Positions 54,501-64,000 of a stretch of 64,000 nt of DNA are shown here, piece by piece. The notes under the pieces were generated by a model, which was not told the origin of the DNA, did not search any database, and saw only the letters and a program-made list of their open reading frames with translations. Source of the stretch: Babesia bigemina (taxonomy: Eukaryota); the NCBI RefSeq assembly GCF_000981445.1, contig NC_027219.1:434001-498000 (forward strand), read 5' to 3'. Within the stretch, counting starts at the first letter, position 1; each line of letters opens with the position of its first letter. Both the position numbers and the translations under genes were made by a program.

Positions 54501-56336
54501 ACGGTGTCGTTTACAGCGGCTGCAACTATTCCGGATGCGGTTGAAGTCATTGGCTCAGATGAGGATGAGGGCAGCGAGCGCGGCGACAGCTGCGCTATTT
54601 CGCGCGGTGGCGGCGCGCATGTCGAACCCACAGGCGACCACATCAAGGTAAAAGAGGAGCCAAATGAAACATGTGGCGCCGCCTCCACAGGAAGCGGGGT
54701 AGAACCGGCAGCACGCGTCAAACGTGAGCGCCCCTCCGTCTCAGATGACCTGTGCAGGCACAGCGTGAACCAGCACTCATGCGACGAACGCCACCTCATA
54801 GCATCGACTGACGAGCACTATGTAGCGCCGGAGCTCGCCGAAGGCGCTTGGCAGAGAGGGCGATCTTACGTACCCGGCGGCCTGCAGATGTGGAAGGATC
54901 ATAAGATCCGCGAACACCGAGCGAGGCAGTTGTGTTTGATGAGGTTACGGAATCATCTGCGTAAGAGACTGATTAAGGAGGGTGTGCATTTGCTGCAGAT
55001 ATGCGTGGTTTTCGTGCACATACTGGGTCACGTGGTGCTGCAGACGGCGAACTGCCTCCTAAACCCGCAGAATGGGTATGTCACTGCGAGCCACACCGCA
55101 GCCACGCTCCAAGAGTGTTCTTCCTCCGAGAAACAAGGCTGTTTCGGCGATAGCAACAACACCGATGTAAGCGAAGCACCACCTGTTGGCACCACGACGG
55201 CTCCGGTGATTAAGGAAGGGGTAACGGCGTGTCCATCCGACATCCCCAGCTCGTCGTTGACAAGCTTTACCACTGCCGAAGATGGCTGGGTAACTCCGCC
55301 CAGCGGAAATCGGGATTCATCTGCTACGAGCCCTGGAAACGCGACGTCTAAAAGTCGGTCGGAGGCCCATAACGCCAATGGTGAAGGCCAGCAGGGCAAC
55401 GGCGGTGTCCGTGATGGACGGGAAGCTATAGAGGCTCCGCATCGGCACGAATTAGTGAGTAATGCTGATGGTGAGCCCGTAAATGCCGAGGGTGTAACGC
55501 AACCGGTTATCGATGCAGAGGGTGTCCGTTGCGTGCCCGGTGCTTACCGCGATCCGGCTCGCAGTGGCAGTTGCCGTATGAAAGATTACGCCGAGAGTGA
55601 TACTACGTGCCACAAACATAATAGCGATGCATCAATGGCAGAGTCGAAGCAAACCTGTGGTGAAACCCGGGGGGAACATTCCTGCCAACGCAACGAGGAC
55701 ACCAACGCAGTGGACTACCCGAACAACCTTGGCACCAAAGATTCGCATCAAATGCGCCTGTCAGCGGATCCTAAACTAGCGTCTAAATTCGAGTGCGCTA
55801 TGCAGTTCCTGGGGTTAGCTTGCAACACTTTGGACTCTTTGCTCGGTGCGTGCAGCACCGTGAGCCGGTGCTGCGTGGGTGACGACCTCGAGGTCGCCAT
55901 ATGGGACAACGACCGGATGATCAAAGCGGCTGAAGAGGAGCTGGAGTTGCTTTTGCATGAGATAAGTTTCCTCCGCGACCAAGTTGAGGCCCACATAGCG
56001 CCACTGCGGGCGCTGCATTCGGAAGCGATGCTAACCGCCGACTACCCCTCCACCCAGGATTCCGGGGCCGGGCGCCACCTAAAGGCTGAACACAAGGCGG
56101 CACAGTCAGGCGATGACGAGTCGTGCGTGGAAAGCGGGGACAGCTCATCCGACGGCGACTGTAGTGGTGCCGAGTACGACGATGATCTGGGGTCGTTTGT
56201 GGACTTCGAGACCGACAGCCACCTGGGCATGGTCACGTTTAGGCGCCCCAACAAGCGTGCCAACACCGCGTCCCGCCTGCGTGACGTAGTTTTGCGATCG
56301 GAGTGGAACTGCCTGATAAAGAGCTACCTCTCCTAG
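51531..56336 (+). CDS. Large hypothetical protein (1601 aa), helical blocks with disordered inserts
   Basis: 4.8-kb uninterrupted ORF. No family recognised. An upstream exon is possible. Confidence 0.75.
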   Translation: MLQLLECHDTLGELLYGVLIHPTEAQSGDHAIDAASCNSLLLKVLPIIKRGLLEPDPEPACSKATRFIEDMSTKALYLRFDRGFDNKRLHLRHECRTDDKLSLVEKLWGGVLRCNVANLQSGQPQRCDCHGRMAGILLNLISKTTSLGTHGSSSTLEGCRQLSTRRLIGYFAKWVAAKTPKANKNGAVVPPQESSEGQTEDKFVATGMAGNCARQKPGEASSSSCDNRATSNCCTLNRSAQLLLDTELAADSLQRVDECVGLCAGVVFSKPPLIKEEPGVDEARTTGAPIALNTSDTFIVMAFGNIWDNRNSSADPVHRACMTLLAGAILMIEDNHLMGDVILDEGYSRPLLASKLSQSDDGRVIVDKVLRHRQFYSWSSGVANGKYNGCSEPSAAATSRAERLKSPVDSAARVDYIMGEPSQHLGEVHRALCEAAGVCSNNASFVPALMIRDAWTSSTRHNVVFKMCRQAAYHVLDGLWQVLQQGETCSANISLEVGDGDCRRSATAYAMVALASLMGDTVVLQTADAHVGIVRIAVLLGRGKDFASPDYGSHITDDNLLNLLLKLLYTDIATDASMALECHSSQLAIYRTLLVHYLRKALLQPTKQAFDIGFAGKRVVDFDAIFRRILRLIFFRVHVALVDRPKFESFLRTRVEYAAQHDNTDNEGEFLEEINCGYIELSDDDTGRKTSSDGDVGVDGAIDHRIFGFLEYSPSHRVARKLWRRFVKSEHGGEQEEMPSHSGPLDRSMAREAGAANSEHPRFSKGMPDMDLLFFESVFELCGQLRFCVDEDQLFRHNKVDRLLYQLFLHICHVDKGANIQRNYETNVLCKINRVHETDEYGEVDTDRATLDSLGWKQGSVGMPSGGSTACEQPADEQKECGYVNLDVLFLSRQKFTKRSYYVLSRLAIESLVRWLSPESAACAVCRWASSVPIDTTSRVKAYKPATASAIVTMLSLSMLCHVALPSAEELPLQKVESLVSAANVCFVNLTVSFTAAATIPDAVEVIGSDEDEGSERGDSCAISRGGGAHVEPTGDHIKVKEEPNETCGAASTGSGVEPAARVKRERPSVSDDLCRHSVNQHSCDERHLIASTDEHYVAPELAEGAWQRGRSYVPGGLQMWKDHKIREHRARQLCLMRLRNHLRKRLIKEGVHLLQICVVFVHILGHVVLQTANCLLNPQNGYVTASHTAATLQECSSSEKQGCFGDSNNTDVSEAPPVGTTTAPVIKEGVTACPSDIPSSSLTSFTTAEDGWVTPPSGNRDSSATSPGNATSKSRSEAHNANGEGQQGNGGVRDGREAIEAPHRHELVSNADGEPVNAEGVTQPVIDAEGVRCVPGAYRDPARSGSCRMKDYAESDTTCHKHNSDASMAESKQTCGETRGEHSCQRNEDTNAVDYPNNLGTKDSHQMRLSADPKLASKFECAMQFLGLACNTLDSLLGACSTVSRCCVGDDLEVAIWDNDRMIKAAEEELELLLHEISFLRDQVEAHIAPLRALHSEAMLTADYPSTQDSGAGRHLKAEHKAAQSGDDESCVESGDSSSDGDCSGAEYDDDLGSFVDFETDSHLGMVTFRRPNKRANTASRLRDVVLRSEWNCLIKSYLS

Positions 56337-56463
56337 TGCGCCGGGTGGCAGCGAGCTACAAGTGTGGCCTCCACCGGCAACCGGTGGCGCACGTATCACC
56401 AGAACCGCACGTGTAATGCATTGCCTGATAGGCATGACCGCTTCTTTATATTTGCTTCAAAAA

Positions 56464-57804
56464 TTACGACATGCTGTCAGTCCTCGCCAGAGGGAACCTT
56501 ACATACGATTTGAACGGTGCCCTGCACACTGGGCATTTCTCCGTGCGCAGCGACTGCAGGCAGCTGTAGCAGAACGATGCGTGCCCGCATGGCATCAGCA
56601 CCGTGTCCATACGGGTGCACAGGCAGATGAGGCAGTCCTTGTCCGCCTCGTCCCCCATGCCGTACATATCGCGTGGCTCCTGCGGCCGTCCGAAATCGTT
56701 CGAGAAGCACACCTGCTTGACTCCGTCGATGACGACGCCGCTGGGGTTATTGGGGCCGCGCAGCACGAACATGGTGGGCTTTAAGGTTCCGCGGAAGGTA
56801 ATGAGGGTAATCTCGGCGATGCCCAGGTAGGTCTCCACGCTGCCCTCGCTGAACACTCTTGCGTCTTGGGTTCGCGGCGAGTACAGCACCACCACGAGTG
56901 GGATTATGTCCCTGCCTGCGTGTTGGCGGCTGAGCAGCACATCCCAGATGGACTTGGCCTCGCCGTCCTCTTCCACCGTCTTGATGGTGGGCGACACCGT
57001 GCAGCGGATCCCACTGCCGGCGTCGTAACAGACCGCTTCGTTGGAGCATATCTTTTGGGTGTAATCCAGGGCGGTAAAGCGGCCGTATCGGTGGTCGGTG
57101 TCGTCTGGGGAGTCCGGCTCCGCTGCGCCCTCCGTGTCCAGGAGGCTCTCGTACTGCACCTGCCGATTGGGGAAGAGCGCTCTCCGGAGGAATCTACGCA
57201 CGCTGAAGGGCGTCACCGGGTCTTCCCTGAACGCGCTTGTGCTATCCACGCAAATTTTGTGCAAGTCAGCGGCCGGCACTCCCCAGTGCGCGCTGACGAA
57301 AGTTGCGCGGTTGCAGTCCATGGAGAACGACACTTCCAAGTTGTCGAGGCACATGGACGCCGCGGCGCTCTCCGCTGCGGGCGTCGGCAGGATTGGCAGT
57401 TTGTAGTCATAGCCGTCGCCCACCTGCAGGCGCAGCGACCTTGCGATTAGGTGACCCGGCATGCGGATGCGCGTGACTGGCAGCGGCACCACGTAGTCAT
57501 GCGACTTGACGATGGTGTTGAAGTGCTCCCTCGTGAGCATGAGCAGGTCGTCGTAGTACTCCGCCAAGCCGTGCAAGTGCAGCACCTTGTGCATAGCCTG
57601 CATCTTGGCCTGTACGCAACGCAAGGAGTAGAAGCTGCACCAAAGCCGGTACGCCCACCAGGCGAGTCCGCAGACGACGGATAGCGTCACCAGGTTGTGG
57701 AATCCATTCGACCAGAACACGCCTTCGCGGCCTTCTAGGAACCGGCTTTGCGCCGTGTTGTCGTATGCGCTCCAGTCGAAATGTGCGAGCACATCTTGGT
57801 CCAT
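56464..57804 (-). CDS. C3HC4 RING E3 ligase with N-terminal TM (MGRN1/LUL-like C-terminus)
   Basis: DMYGMG...CLICLCTRMDTVLMPCGHASFCYSCLQSLRTEKCPVCR. TM LVTLSVVCGLAWWAY. First ATG at 57804. Confidence 0.85.
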   Translation of the reverse strand: MDQDVLAHFDWSAYDNTAQSRFLEGREGVFWSNGFHNLVTLSVVCGLAWWAYRLWCSFYSLRCVQAKMQAMHKVLHLHGLAEYYDDLLMLTREHFNTIVKSHDYVVPLPVTRIRMPGHLIARSLRLQVGDGYDYKLPILPTPAAESAAASMCLDNLEVSFSMDCNRATFVSAHWGVPAADLHKICVDSTSAFREDPVTPFSVRRFLRRALFPNRQVQYESLLDTEGAAEPDSPDDTDHRYGRFTALDYTQKICSNEAVCYDAGSGIRCTVSPTIKTVEEDGEAKSIWDVLLSRQHAGRDIIPLVVVLYSPRTQDARVFSEGSVETYLGIAEITLITFRGTLKPTMFVLRGPNNPSGVVIDGVKQVCFSNDFGRPQEPRDMYGMGDEADKDCLICLCTRMDTVLMPCGHASFCYSCLQSLRTEKCPVCRAPFKSYVRFPLARTDSMS

Positions 57805-58039
57805 CGTGGCGAGGAGTAGGCGCTCTGCTCCGACTGCCAAGAACTAGGTAATACAGTGGACAGATTCCCTATGTGTGCATCATCTCATTTTTATACGCAA
57901 TGTGTAGCCAAGTAGCCCATAGAAGGGGTGCATCGGGTCACGAGCGAGTACGCCACATGGCGTAGAAGGCGCACAGCTGCCGGGCGCCACCGACGTCGAC
58001 TGCCCGAATATCGATAACTTTGCCCAGCGAGCCGCCAAG

Positions 58040-58914
58040 ATGCCGAAATCAAAACGGAGCCGAGAAGTGAAGCTCACCGCTGTGCGGAAGCACGCCAGGG
58101 AGCGCAAGATGGCGCTCATGGATGCCGTACGCGCAGCCATCGAGGCGCCGCTGGACGGAGGGGAGCGATTCGTATACCTGCTGGCGCTCCACAACCAGCG
58201 GAACTCGCCGCTGGAAAACATTAGGCAGATTCTGAGGCCCGGTCGCCTGTTCTACGGCAAGAACAAGGTGCTTCAACTGGCGCTGGGCGCCAAGCCCGAG
58301 AACGAGCTGCAGACCAACCTGCACAAAATCGCAGAGGTACGTCACCGCGGCGCGCCGCGGCTGCTACAGTCGCGCGGTGCAGTGTCTAATCGATTCGCAG
58401 CGCATAGTAGGCGAGCGAGCGCTGCTCGTGACTACGGAGCCTCCGGAGGTGGTGAAAAGCAAGCTGGAGGGGTACCGGGTGGCTGACTTCGCCAAGGCCG
58501 GAAGCGCGGCCACGGATACCATAGTATTGCAGGTAAGTGCGAATCCGGCGGTCGTTTTGCGGCCCTCGTGACTTGTGTACTTGCGATGTCTTACACATGC
58601 CCGGGCCTATTCCGGCAGCCAGGCATTTATCGAACGCGTTGAAACAGCAACACATGCAATCTCAGCCGGACGACGAATCGCTGGACGTGTTCCCTGGCAA
58701 CATGGAGCCACAGTTGCGGCAACTGGGAATGCCGACCACGCTCAACATGGGCAAGATTCAGCTCCTGGGCGAGTACCACGTCTGCGAGAAGGGCAAACCG
58801 CTGACGCCGAACCAGGCACAAGTGCTGAAGATGCTTGGCATACGCATGGCGGTATTCGAGGTGACGCTTGACTGCTACTGGGCCGACGGCCACTTCCGCC
58901 GCGTCGGCGAGTGA
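58040..58914 (+). CDS. MRT4: Ribosome assembly factor MRT4 (P0-like), 3 exons
   Basis: MPKSKRSREVKLT, RLFYGKNKVLQLALG, DFAKAG, MEPQLRQLGMPT and VCEKGKPLTPNQAQVLK. Confidence 0.93.
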
Positions 58915-59194
58915 GAGACCGCAAGATCGGCGTGATTCCTAACTGGTGCTGGCCTGAAAGCCTCGAAAATCGAATATGGAGTTATCTAAGTATCGCTTTA
59001 TTTTTTGCTTGCGCGTAGCACTCGGTATCCACTGGTGTGTGTAGCGCCGACGTTGCTGGCGTCGCCAGACATCGCGGGCGTCTTCCACGCCGCAGGCGCC
59101 AGTGGCGGTTCACATGCAACTTAGCATAACTGGAGCAGTCGTTCAGCGCAATGCCGCATCATTGCGGCTGCCCCTGGGCTGAGAAGATCGATCG

Positions 59195-61650
59195 ATGGGC
59201 TGCCGCAACAAGACGGCCGTGAGAAGGCTGCTCATTTTGGTGTTGTCCGCGTTACCGTTCGTCGTTGCGTTTAAGTACAACGCGGACTTGAAGCGTGGAT
59301 TTACTACGCTTGAAACTATTGTAAGTTTTTTCCCCGTCACCGCAACTGAACGCCCAGGTCAAACGAGGCGCTGAGCGTCTGTGCGATGCCAGGGCGGATG
59401 ATATCCTCAGGCAATGCAAAAGACCCCTAGTTAGGCTCACCGTTGATGCGTGGGAGGGTGACCTGCATACGAAGGTCACGCACGCCATCGCAGAGCAGAC
59501 GCAGCTGCCGGTTGACGAAGTGGCGCAGCGCCTGCGCGACGAGATCAGGAAGGAGGACGACTCCGTCGGTAACTGCATCGTTACTGGTAACGGGTACATC
59601 AACATATTCTTGAAGGACGAGTTCCTGCGGCGGCTGCTAAACTCCATGCAATGCAGCGCCCCCAGGAGGCTCAACGTGCCCTGCATGTCCAGGGATGCAG
59701 TGGTCGTCGACTACTTCGGTCCCAATGTCGGGAAGGAGCTGCACATTGGGCACCTGAGGTCGGCTGCAATAGGAGGTGCCGTTGCCAACATCTTGGAGTT
59801 TTGCGGAGCGAAGGTGTTGCGCCGCAACCACGTGGGAGACTTCGGATCGCACTCCGGTCAGATAATGAGGTACCTATTAGAGTACGACCCAACGTCTCTG
59901 GACGCGTTTTCGCCGTCGCAAGTGGATGCCGAAAGGCTGAGGGAAATCACCAGGCAGCAGATCGGGTACAGCCTGTGGCAGTACAAGAAAATGAGCACCA
60001 CGGAGAGGCTGGCGCAGCCCACACCCGCAGTCTCCGCCGGTCTCATCGCCAACACCGTCGGCGAGATTTACCAGCGAGCCAGAACGAAGTGCGAAGAGGA
60101 TGCGTCATTCATGGCGCGCTGCAAGGAGGAGACGGCGCTGCTCCAGCGCGGGAAGGACACGCACCAAGCAGTGTGGCACAACATCGCCAAAACCTCGATG
60201 CGGAGCCATCGAGACGTGCTGAAGCTCTTCAACCTGGAGAAGGTGCGCGACATCCCGGAAAGCCTCTACGCGAAACGGGTGTTTGCCTTGGTGGAGCGGC
60301 TCATCGGCGCCGGCCATGCCCGGAGAAGGGCCGACGGCAGCGTGACAATAGTGGCGCGCTGCGCGTCAACTTCAAATGAGGACGCTGTCGGTGGTGGCGC
60401 GGCAGGCCAAGGCGGCACCGACGACGACGATGCCGTAACCGTCAACATCCCCGGTATATCCAACACCGCCAGAGGCTACGCGTCGGAATCGCACAACGTT
60501 AACGAAGCTTCGCGAACAGCGGCGTCAGACGGAGACTGCACGCCGATGTATGATTCGGAAGGTTCGTGCGATGGATGTTTATGCCTTTTCAAGCCTTTTG
60601 CAGGCGTGGACACACCAAACACTGCAAGCAGCAGCGCCGAGGGTCGCGATGCCGCAGGCGCGGATGACAGCCTAGCCCGTGAAGAGAACGGTAGGACATA
60701 CCAGCTTGCAGTGGGCATCAATCGTGCGCAGAGCTCGTTCTCATCACCAAAGAGGGCTACGCCACCTACCTCGCCGTAGATTTGACGGCGCTTGAACACA
60801 GGCTGCGGGAGAACAAGGCCGACAGGGTCATTTACGTGACCGACAACGCACAAAAAACACACTTCGAGCATGTAAGATGGCGTCTGTGGCAGTTAATGTG
60901 GTGTAGCTGGCTGTAATCGCGAAGAGTGTCGGTATTCTGACGACGCAGAGGGTGGAGCACGTCGGCTTCGGCGCGGTGCAGAACGCCGACGGCAAGAAGA
61001 TGCGTTCTCGCACCGGCTCCGGGCCCTCCGTGTTGGATATATGGCAGGACACGGTGGATAGGTGCACCCGCGAGGTACAGAGGAAAGGGGAGTACCTTGG
61101 ACCCGCGGGAGAGCACATGGCGCGCAAGCTCGGTAGGTCGCCAGGGCCACAACGCCTCACCGATTTCGCAGCGTCCGGATCCATACTGTATGCGGACCTG
61201 TCAGCGGCGCAGGAGGCCCGCTACACCTTCTCCGCGGACCGGCTGCTGAAGCAGGGCGGCAACAACCTCATCAGCATCCTATACTCCTTTGTTCGATGCC
61301 GGTCGATTTTGCGTAAGCTGGCAGAAATGGGCGTCCGTACGGGGGAAGACGCGGAGGTGATCGCCGAGGGTGTCCCCTTCGCGAACGAGGCGAGCAGGAA
61401 ACTCGCGCTGCAGCTGGTCGGTCTCGAGAACGCCATTTACGCGGCGGCGAGCATGCGCGAACCGCACAGGCTGTGCAAGTACGTCTGGGCGCTGTCGCGT
61501 AAGTTCTCCCACTTCTACCAGCACAACCGTGTGCTGGGGCACGGCGGTAGCGGCGTGAACATGGAGGCCGTGCAGCTCGTCGACCTGTTCGCCAAGGCGA
61601 CCCAGCTCGTGCTTGCGCTGCTAAACATCCAGACTCTGGAGCGCCTCTGA
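59195..61650 (+). CDS. argS: Arginyl-tRNA synthetase, apicoplast-type (signal peptide plus transit), multi-exon
   Basis: Leader MGCRNKTAVRRLLILVLSALPFVVAFKY. PNVGKELHIGHLRS (HIGH), NHVGDFG, KMRSRTG, LYADLS and PHRLCKY...FSHFY anticodon domain ending ERL*. Confidence 0.9.
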
Positions 61651-61915
61651 AGCGAGCTCACGAACCTACGGTGTGGAATAATAGTTGACTCAAATTAGCG
61701 CACGTTTGCGGCTTTCAACTGAAAGCTACGCATGGCACCGCGTGGTGGACATACGCCACGAACTCGGTACAAGCGCTCACGTACCGGGCTGTACAGCCTG
61801 GCTACAACTGGCGGTTCACAAACCGAGCGTACGCGCAGCTTCGGTTTTGCTTGCGCCGATCGGCGGTTCCGCCTTCTCCCGAGTGCGCAATCGCGAAACG
61901 TCGCGAGCCTGGCGC

Positions 61916-62434
61916 TCACTCCTCGTACATCAGCAGCGGGTCTGACACGTCTGTGCGTTCGTCGGTCTCGAGCTGCCGCTTGCGGAATGCGATAGAAGAC
62001 ATGTAGACGACGGTGTCCACCTTGCCCTTCAGCCGCAGCAGCGCCTGGTTGACCGAGAGGCGTTTCCTCACGTGCTTGTTCAGCTTGACCAGCGAAGCCC
62101 GCCCGCGCGAGTTTTGCGAGAAGAAGATGCAGTTCTGCCGCAGGATGGTGTTTATCCAGCCCTCGCGCGTGTACAGCTGGTTGGGCGCCTTGAACATGTT
62201 GGCGCAGATGAACTCCAGCAGCGACAGCGCCAGCGGCGCCGGCAGGTCCGCGACCGTGGCTTCAATGGCCCGCATGTCGTTGGTTTGCAGCAGCCGCTCC
62301 AGGAGCGGCTTGTCGGCCGTCAACAGCGCCTGGCTCAGTGACACCGAGAACGACCGCTCGCTGATGACACTCGCCCTGGGCGTGTCCTCCTTGGCCATCC
62401 TGACCAACAGCGGAATCTTCGTACGGCGACTCAT
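61916..62434 (-). CDS. Dip2/Utp12-domain small-subunit processome protein (UTP5/WDR43 C-terminal-like); start uncertain
   Basis: SLSQALLTADKPLLE...IEATVADLP...WINTIL...LLRLKGKVD. Candidate ATGs at 62434 or 62398. Confidence 0.75.
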   Translation of the reverse strand: MSRRTKIPLLVRMAKEDTPRASVISERSFSVSLSQALLTADKPLLERLLQTNDMRAIEATVADLPAPLALSLLEFICANMFKAPNQLYTREGWINTILRQNCIFFSQNSRGRASLVKLNKHVRKRLSVNQALLRLKGKVDTVVYMSSIAFRKRQLETDERTDVSDPLLMYEE

Positions 62435-63129
62435 CCGTTCCTGCGAATAGTGCGACGGTACTTGGAGCTGGAGTTCGACAGAAACGTCTCGTCTGTCCGC
62501 CACGCGGGGTGCCGCTGGTACTGCTTGCCGAAGATGTACGGGCTCAGGTGCTTCGGGATGCCTCTGGAGCGCGGGGCGGGGTTGGACAGCGCCTGTTTGT
62601 GGCGCGGGTTCGCGTTGCAGTCGACGCCTGCGGGTATTCGGGAGCGCTCCTCGTAAACCTACCCAGTATGGGCACGTGCCAGCGCCGAATCACGTAGCGG
62701 CAGGAGCTGCACAGCAAGGTCAACGTCCCGCGGTGCCACATGAAGCACCGCCGATTGACGCCACGCGCACGCTACAGCCGCTGTACCGTTAATCGATGCC
62801 CCGGTGGACGAAGGCGACCGTGAGCTACCGAATGGATCCACAACTAAGGAGGCCAAGCGCGCGTCTCAAAAGCTGCCGCCGGCGGTGAATCCACGGTGTC
62901 TTTCGGTGCGTTATGCGATAAATACGAACGAAATTGACGGCGGTACAGCGTGCTGCCTATTGGGCTGCGCGGGCGGTGAGCCGTTGTTAGTACGACGCCG
63001 CGACGCACTAGCGCCCTAGCCGCAACCGCGGTGACACTCTAGAGCTTAAAGGTGACAGAGGCGCAGCTATAGGCTTCTCTGCAAAAACGAAGCTGTTTCC
63101 ACCGTGCAGAAGCAGACGTGCTCTCGCTC

Positions 63130-64000
63130 ATGGCAGGAAGTTCGTCGATGTCTGCACACTACCAGTCCAGCAGCGACGAGGGAACGGCGCAGGAACCAAT
63201 CCACTCTGCATACCGCCATTTCCGCTACGTTCGCGACCGGGAGTACGCCAACGCCGTCTTCTAGTAGCTCATGGTGCCGCAGGTCATGGCTGGCCGACCT
63301 AGTCGACATCCACGTGGACGACGTTTACCTGCAGAAGATCGTCATGAACTACCTCGTGGTGAACATGTGTGAGGAGAGCTATTCGAGGTTCATCGAGGAG
63401 ACTGGTTATACAGGTAATTTGCGTGCGTGTGCTGCGTAATGGCTGCGTCATGCAGAGCGGAAGCGATGGGCGTCGATGGGTGCGCTGTACACGTCGCGCC
63501 GCATCCATCCGCGCGCCGTCTTCTATCGCGCCGGCGCACCGAGTCGCATCTGGCTTTGCGGCCAGACGCGTAGCAGGCGGCTATCAGCTGGGGTGCCGAA
63601 CCGAATGATGACTACATGGGGGTTACTCGATGCCGCACCCGCGGTGCCGGCGATGAAGAGACTCCATCATCCTTGCACTGAGTGTTTCGATGGCCCTTCA
63701 CGCATGCTGTTGCACAGTTTCACTAATCCCACTCCCGATTCACGATGCGGCAGGACCCGACCTTTCCCACACCATAGCCAGCAGGCGCCGAATCAGGGAC
63801 GCGATCCTGGAGTGCAGGGCGCGGGATGCGCTCGATCTCATCAACGGCGTCGACCCCAAGATACTGCAGAAGAACGTCCACATACTGTTCAACTTGCTCT
63901 CGTGCGACCTCATCGATATAATAAAAACGGTAGGCTCGACCCGGGGCAGTTAACGCGCCACGCAGGGCGACTCCAAAAAGGCAGTGGAATATGCACGGCG
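63130..64000 (+). CDS. GID8/TWA1-like LisH-CTLH protein, partial (runs off window end)
   Basis: LQKIVMNYLV...FIEETG (LisH) and RRRIRDAILE...ALDLIN...ILFNL...LIDII (CTLH). Introns include a long one at 63414-63753. Confidence 0.85.
63597..63689 (+). ncRNA. Intronic box C/D snoRNA, predicted U6 snRNA 2'-O-methylation guide
   Basis: Box C ATGATGA 63605-63611, D'-like TCGA 63627-63630, internal hairpin GCACC/GGTGC, C'-like GCGATGA 63650-63656, box D CTGA 63678-63681 and a short terminal stem. Guide TCATCCTTGC is complementary to the conserved U6 sequence GCAAGGAUGA. Confidence 0.7.

Noticed and set aside
32093..61650. Apparent clustering of apicoplast-targeted genes (ClpS, Omp85-like, ArgRS)
   Set aside because: They are spread over 30 kb among unrelated genes, which is compatible with chance in a compact genome.
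40700..63000. Numerous 60-240 aa overlapping or antisense ORFs in the GC-rich core
   Set aside because: Expected shadow ORFs in GC-rich coding DNA. Each overlaps a better-supported gene.

Overview
Eukaryotic, intron-containing apicomplexan DNA, almost certainly a piroplasm of the genus Babesia. The ves-like genes, an SBP3-like gene, an ApiAP2 factor, apicoplast-targeted proteins and many 30-45 nt GT-AG introns point to the B. bigemina/B. ovata group (inferred, not searched). About 2.9-12.6 kb is a visibly AT-richer contingency island between an alveolin gene and glycerol kinase. It holds a short ves-like gene, a 6-Cys-like pseudogene, a 1477-aa membrane protein built from hierarchical repeats, and a ves1 3' pseudogene fragment. 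The rest is a dense, GC-richer core: glycerol kinase, a 7-exon 4-TM protein, PKA-like kinase, RRP3, SBP3-like, SmD2, VPS11, a SNAP-25-like SNARE, IMP1, ClpS, ApiAP2, OGG1, ECT, Cir_N protein, TTI1-like, Omp85-like, Prp43-like, a tetraspanin-topology protein, RING ligase, MRT4, apicoplast ArgRS, Utp12-domain protein and partial GID8. The best leads are (1) an intronic box C/D snoRNA in GID8 whose guides predict U6 snRNA methylation, (2) a candidate apicoplast Toc75/Omp85 channel whose ATG overlaps the upstream stop codon, (3) the modular repeat surface protein with a 15-aa solenoid-like motif, and (4) a Prp43-like helicase that may carry a signal peptide. All gene models were spliced by eye and all family calls come from motif recognition, not database searches.
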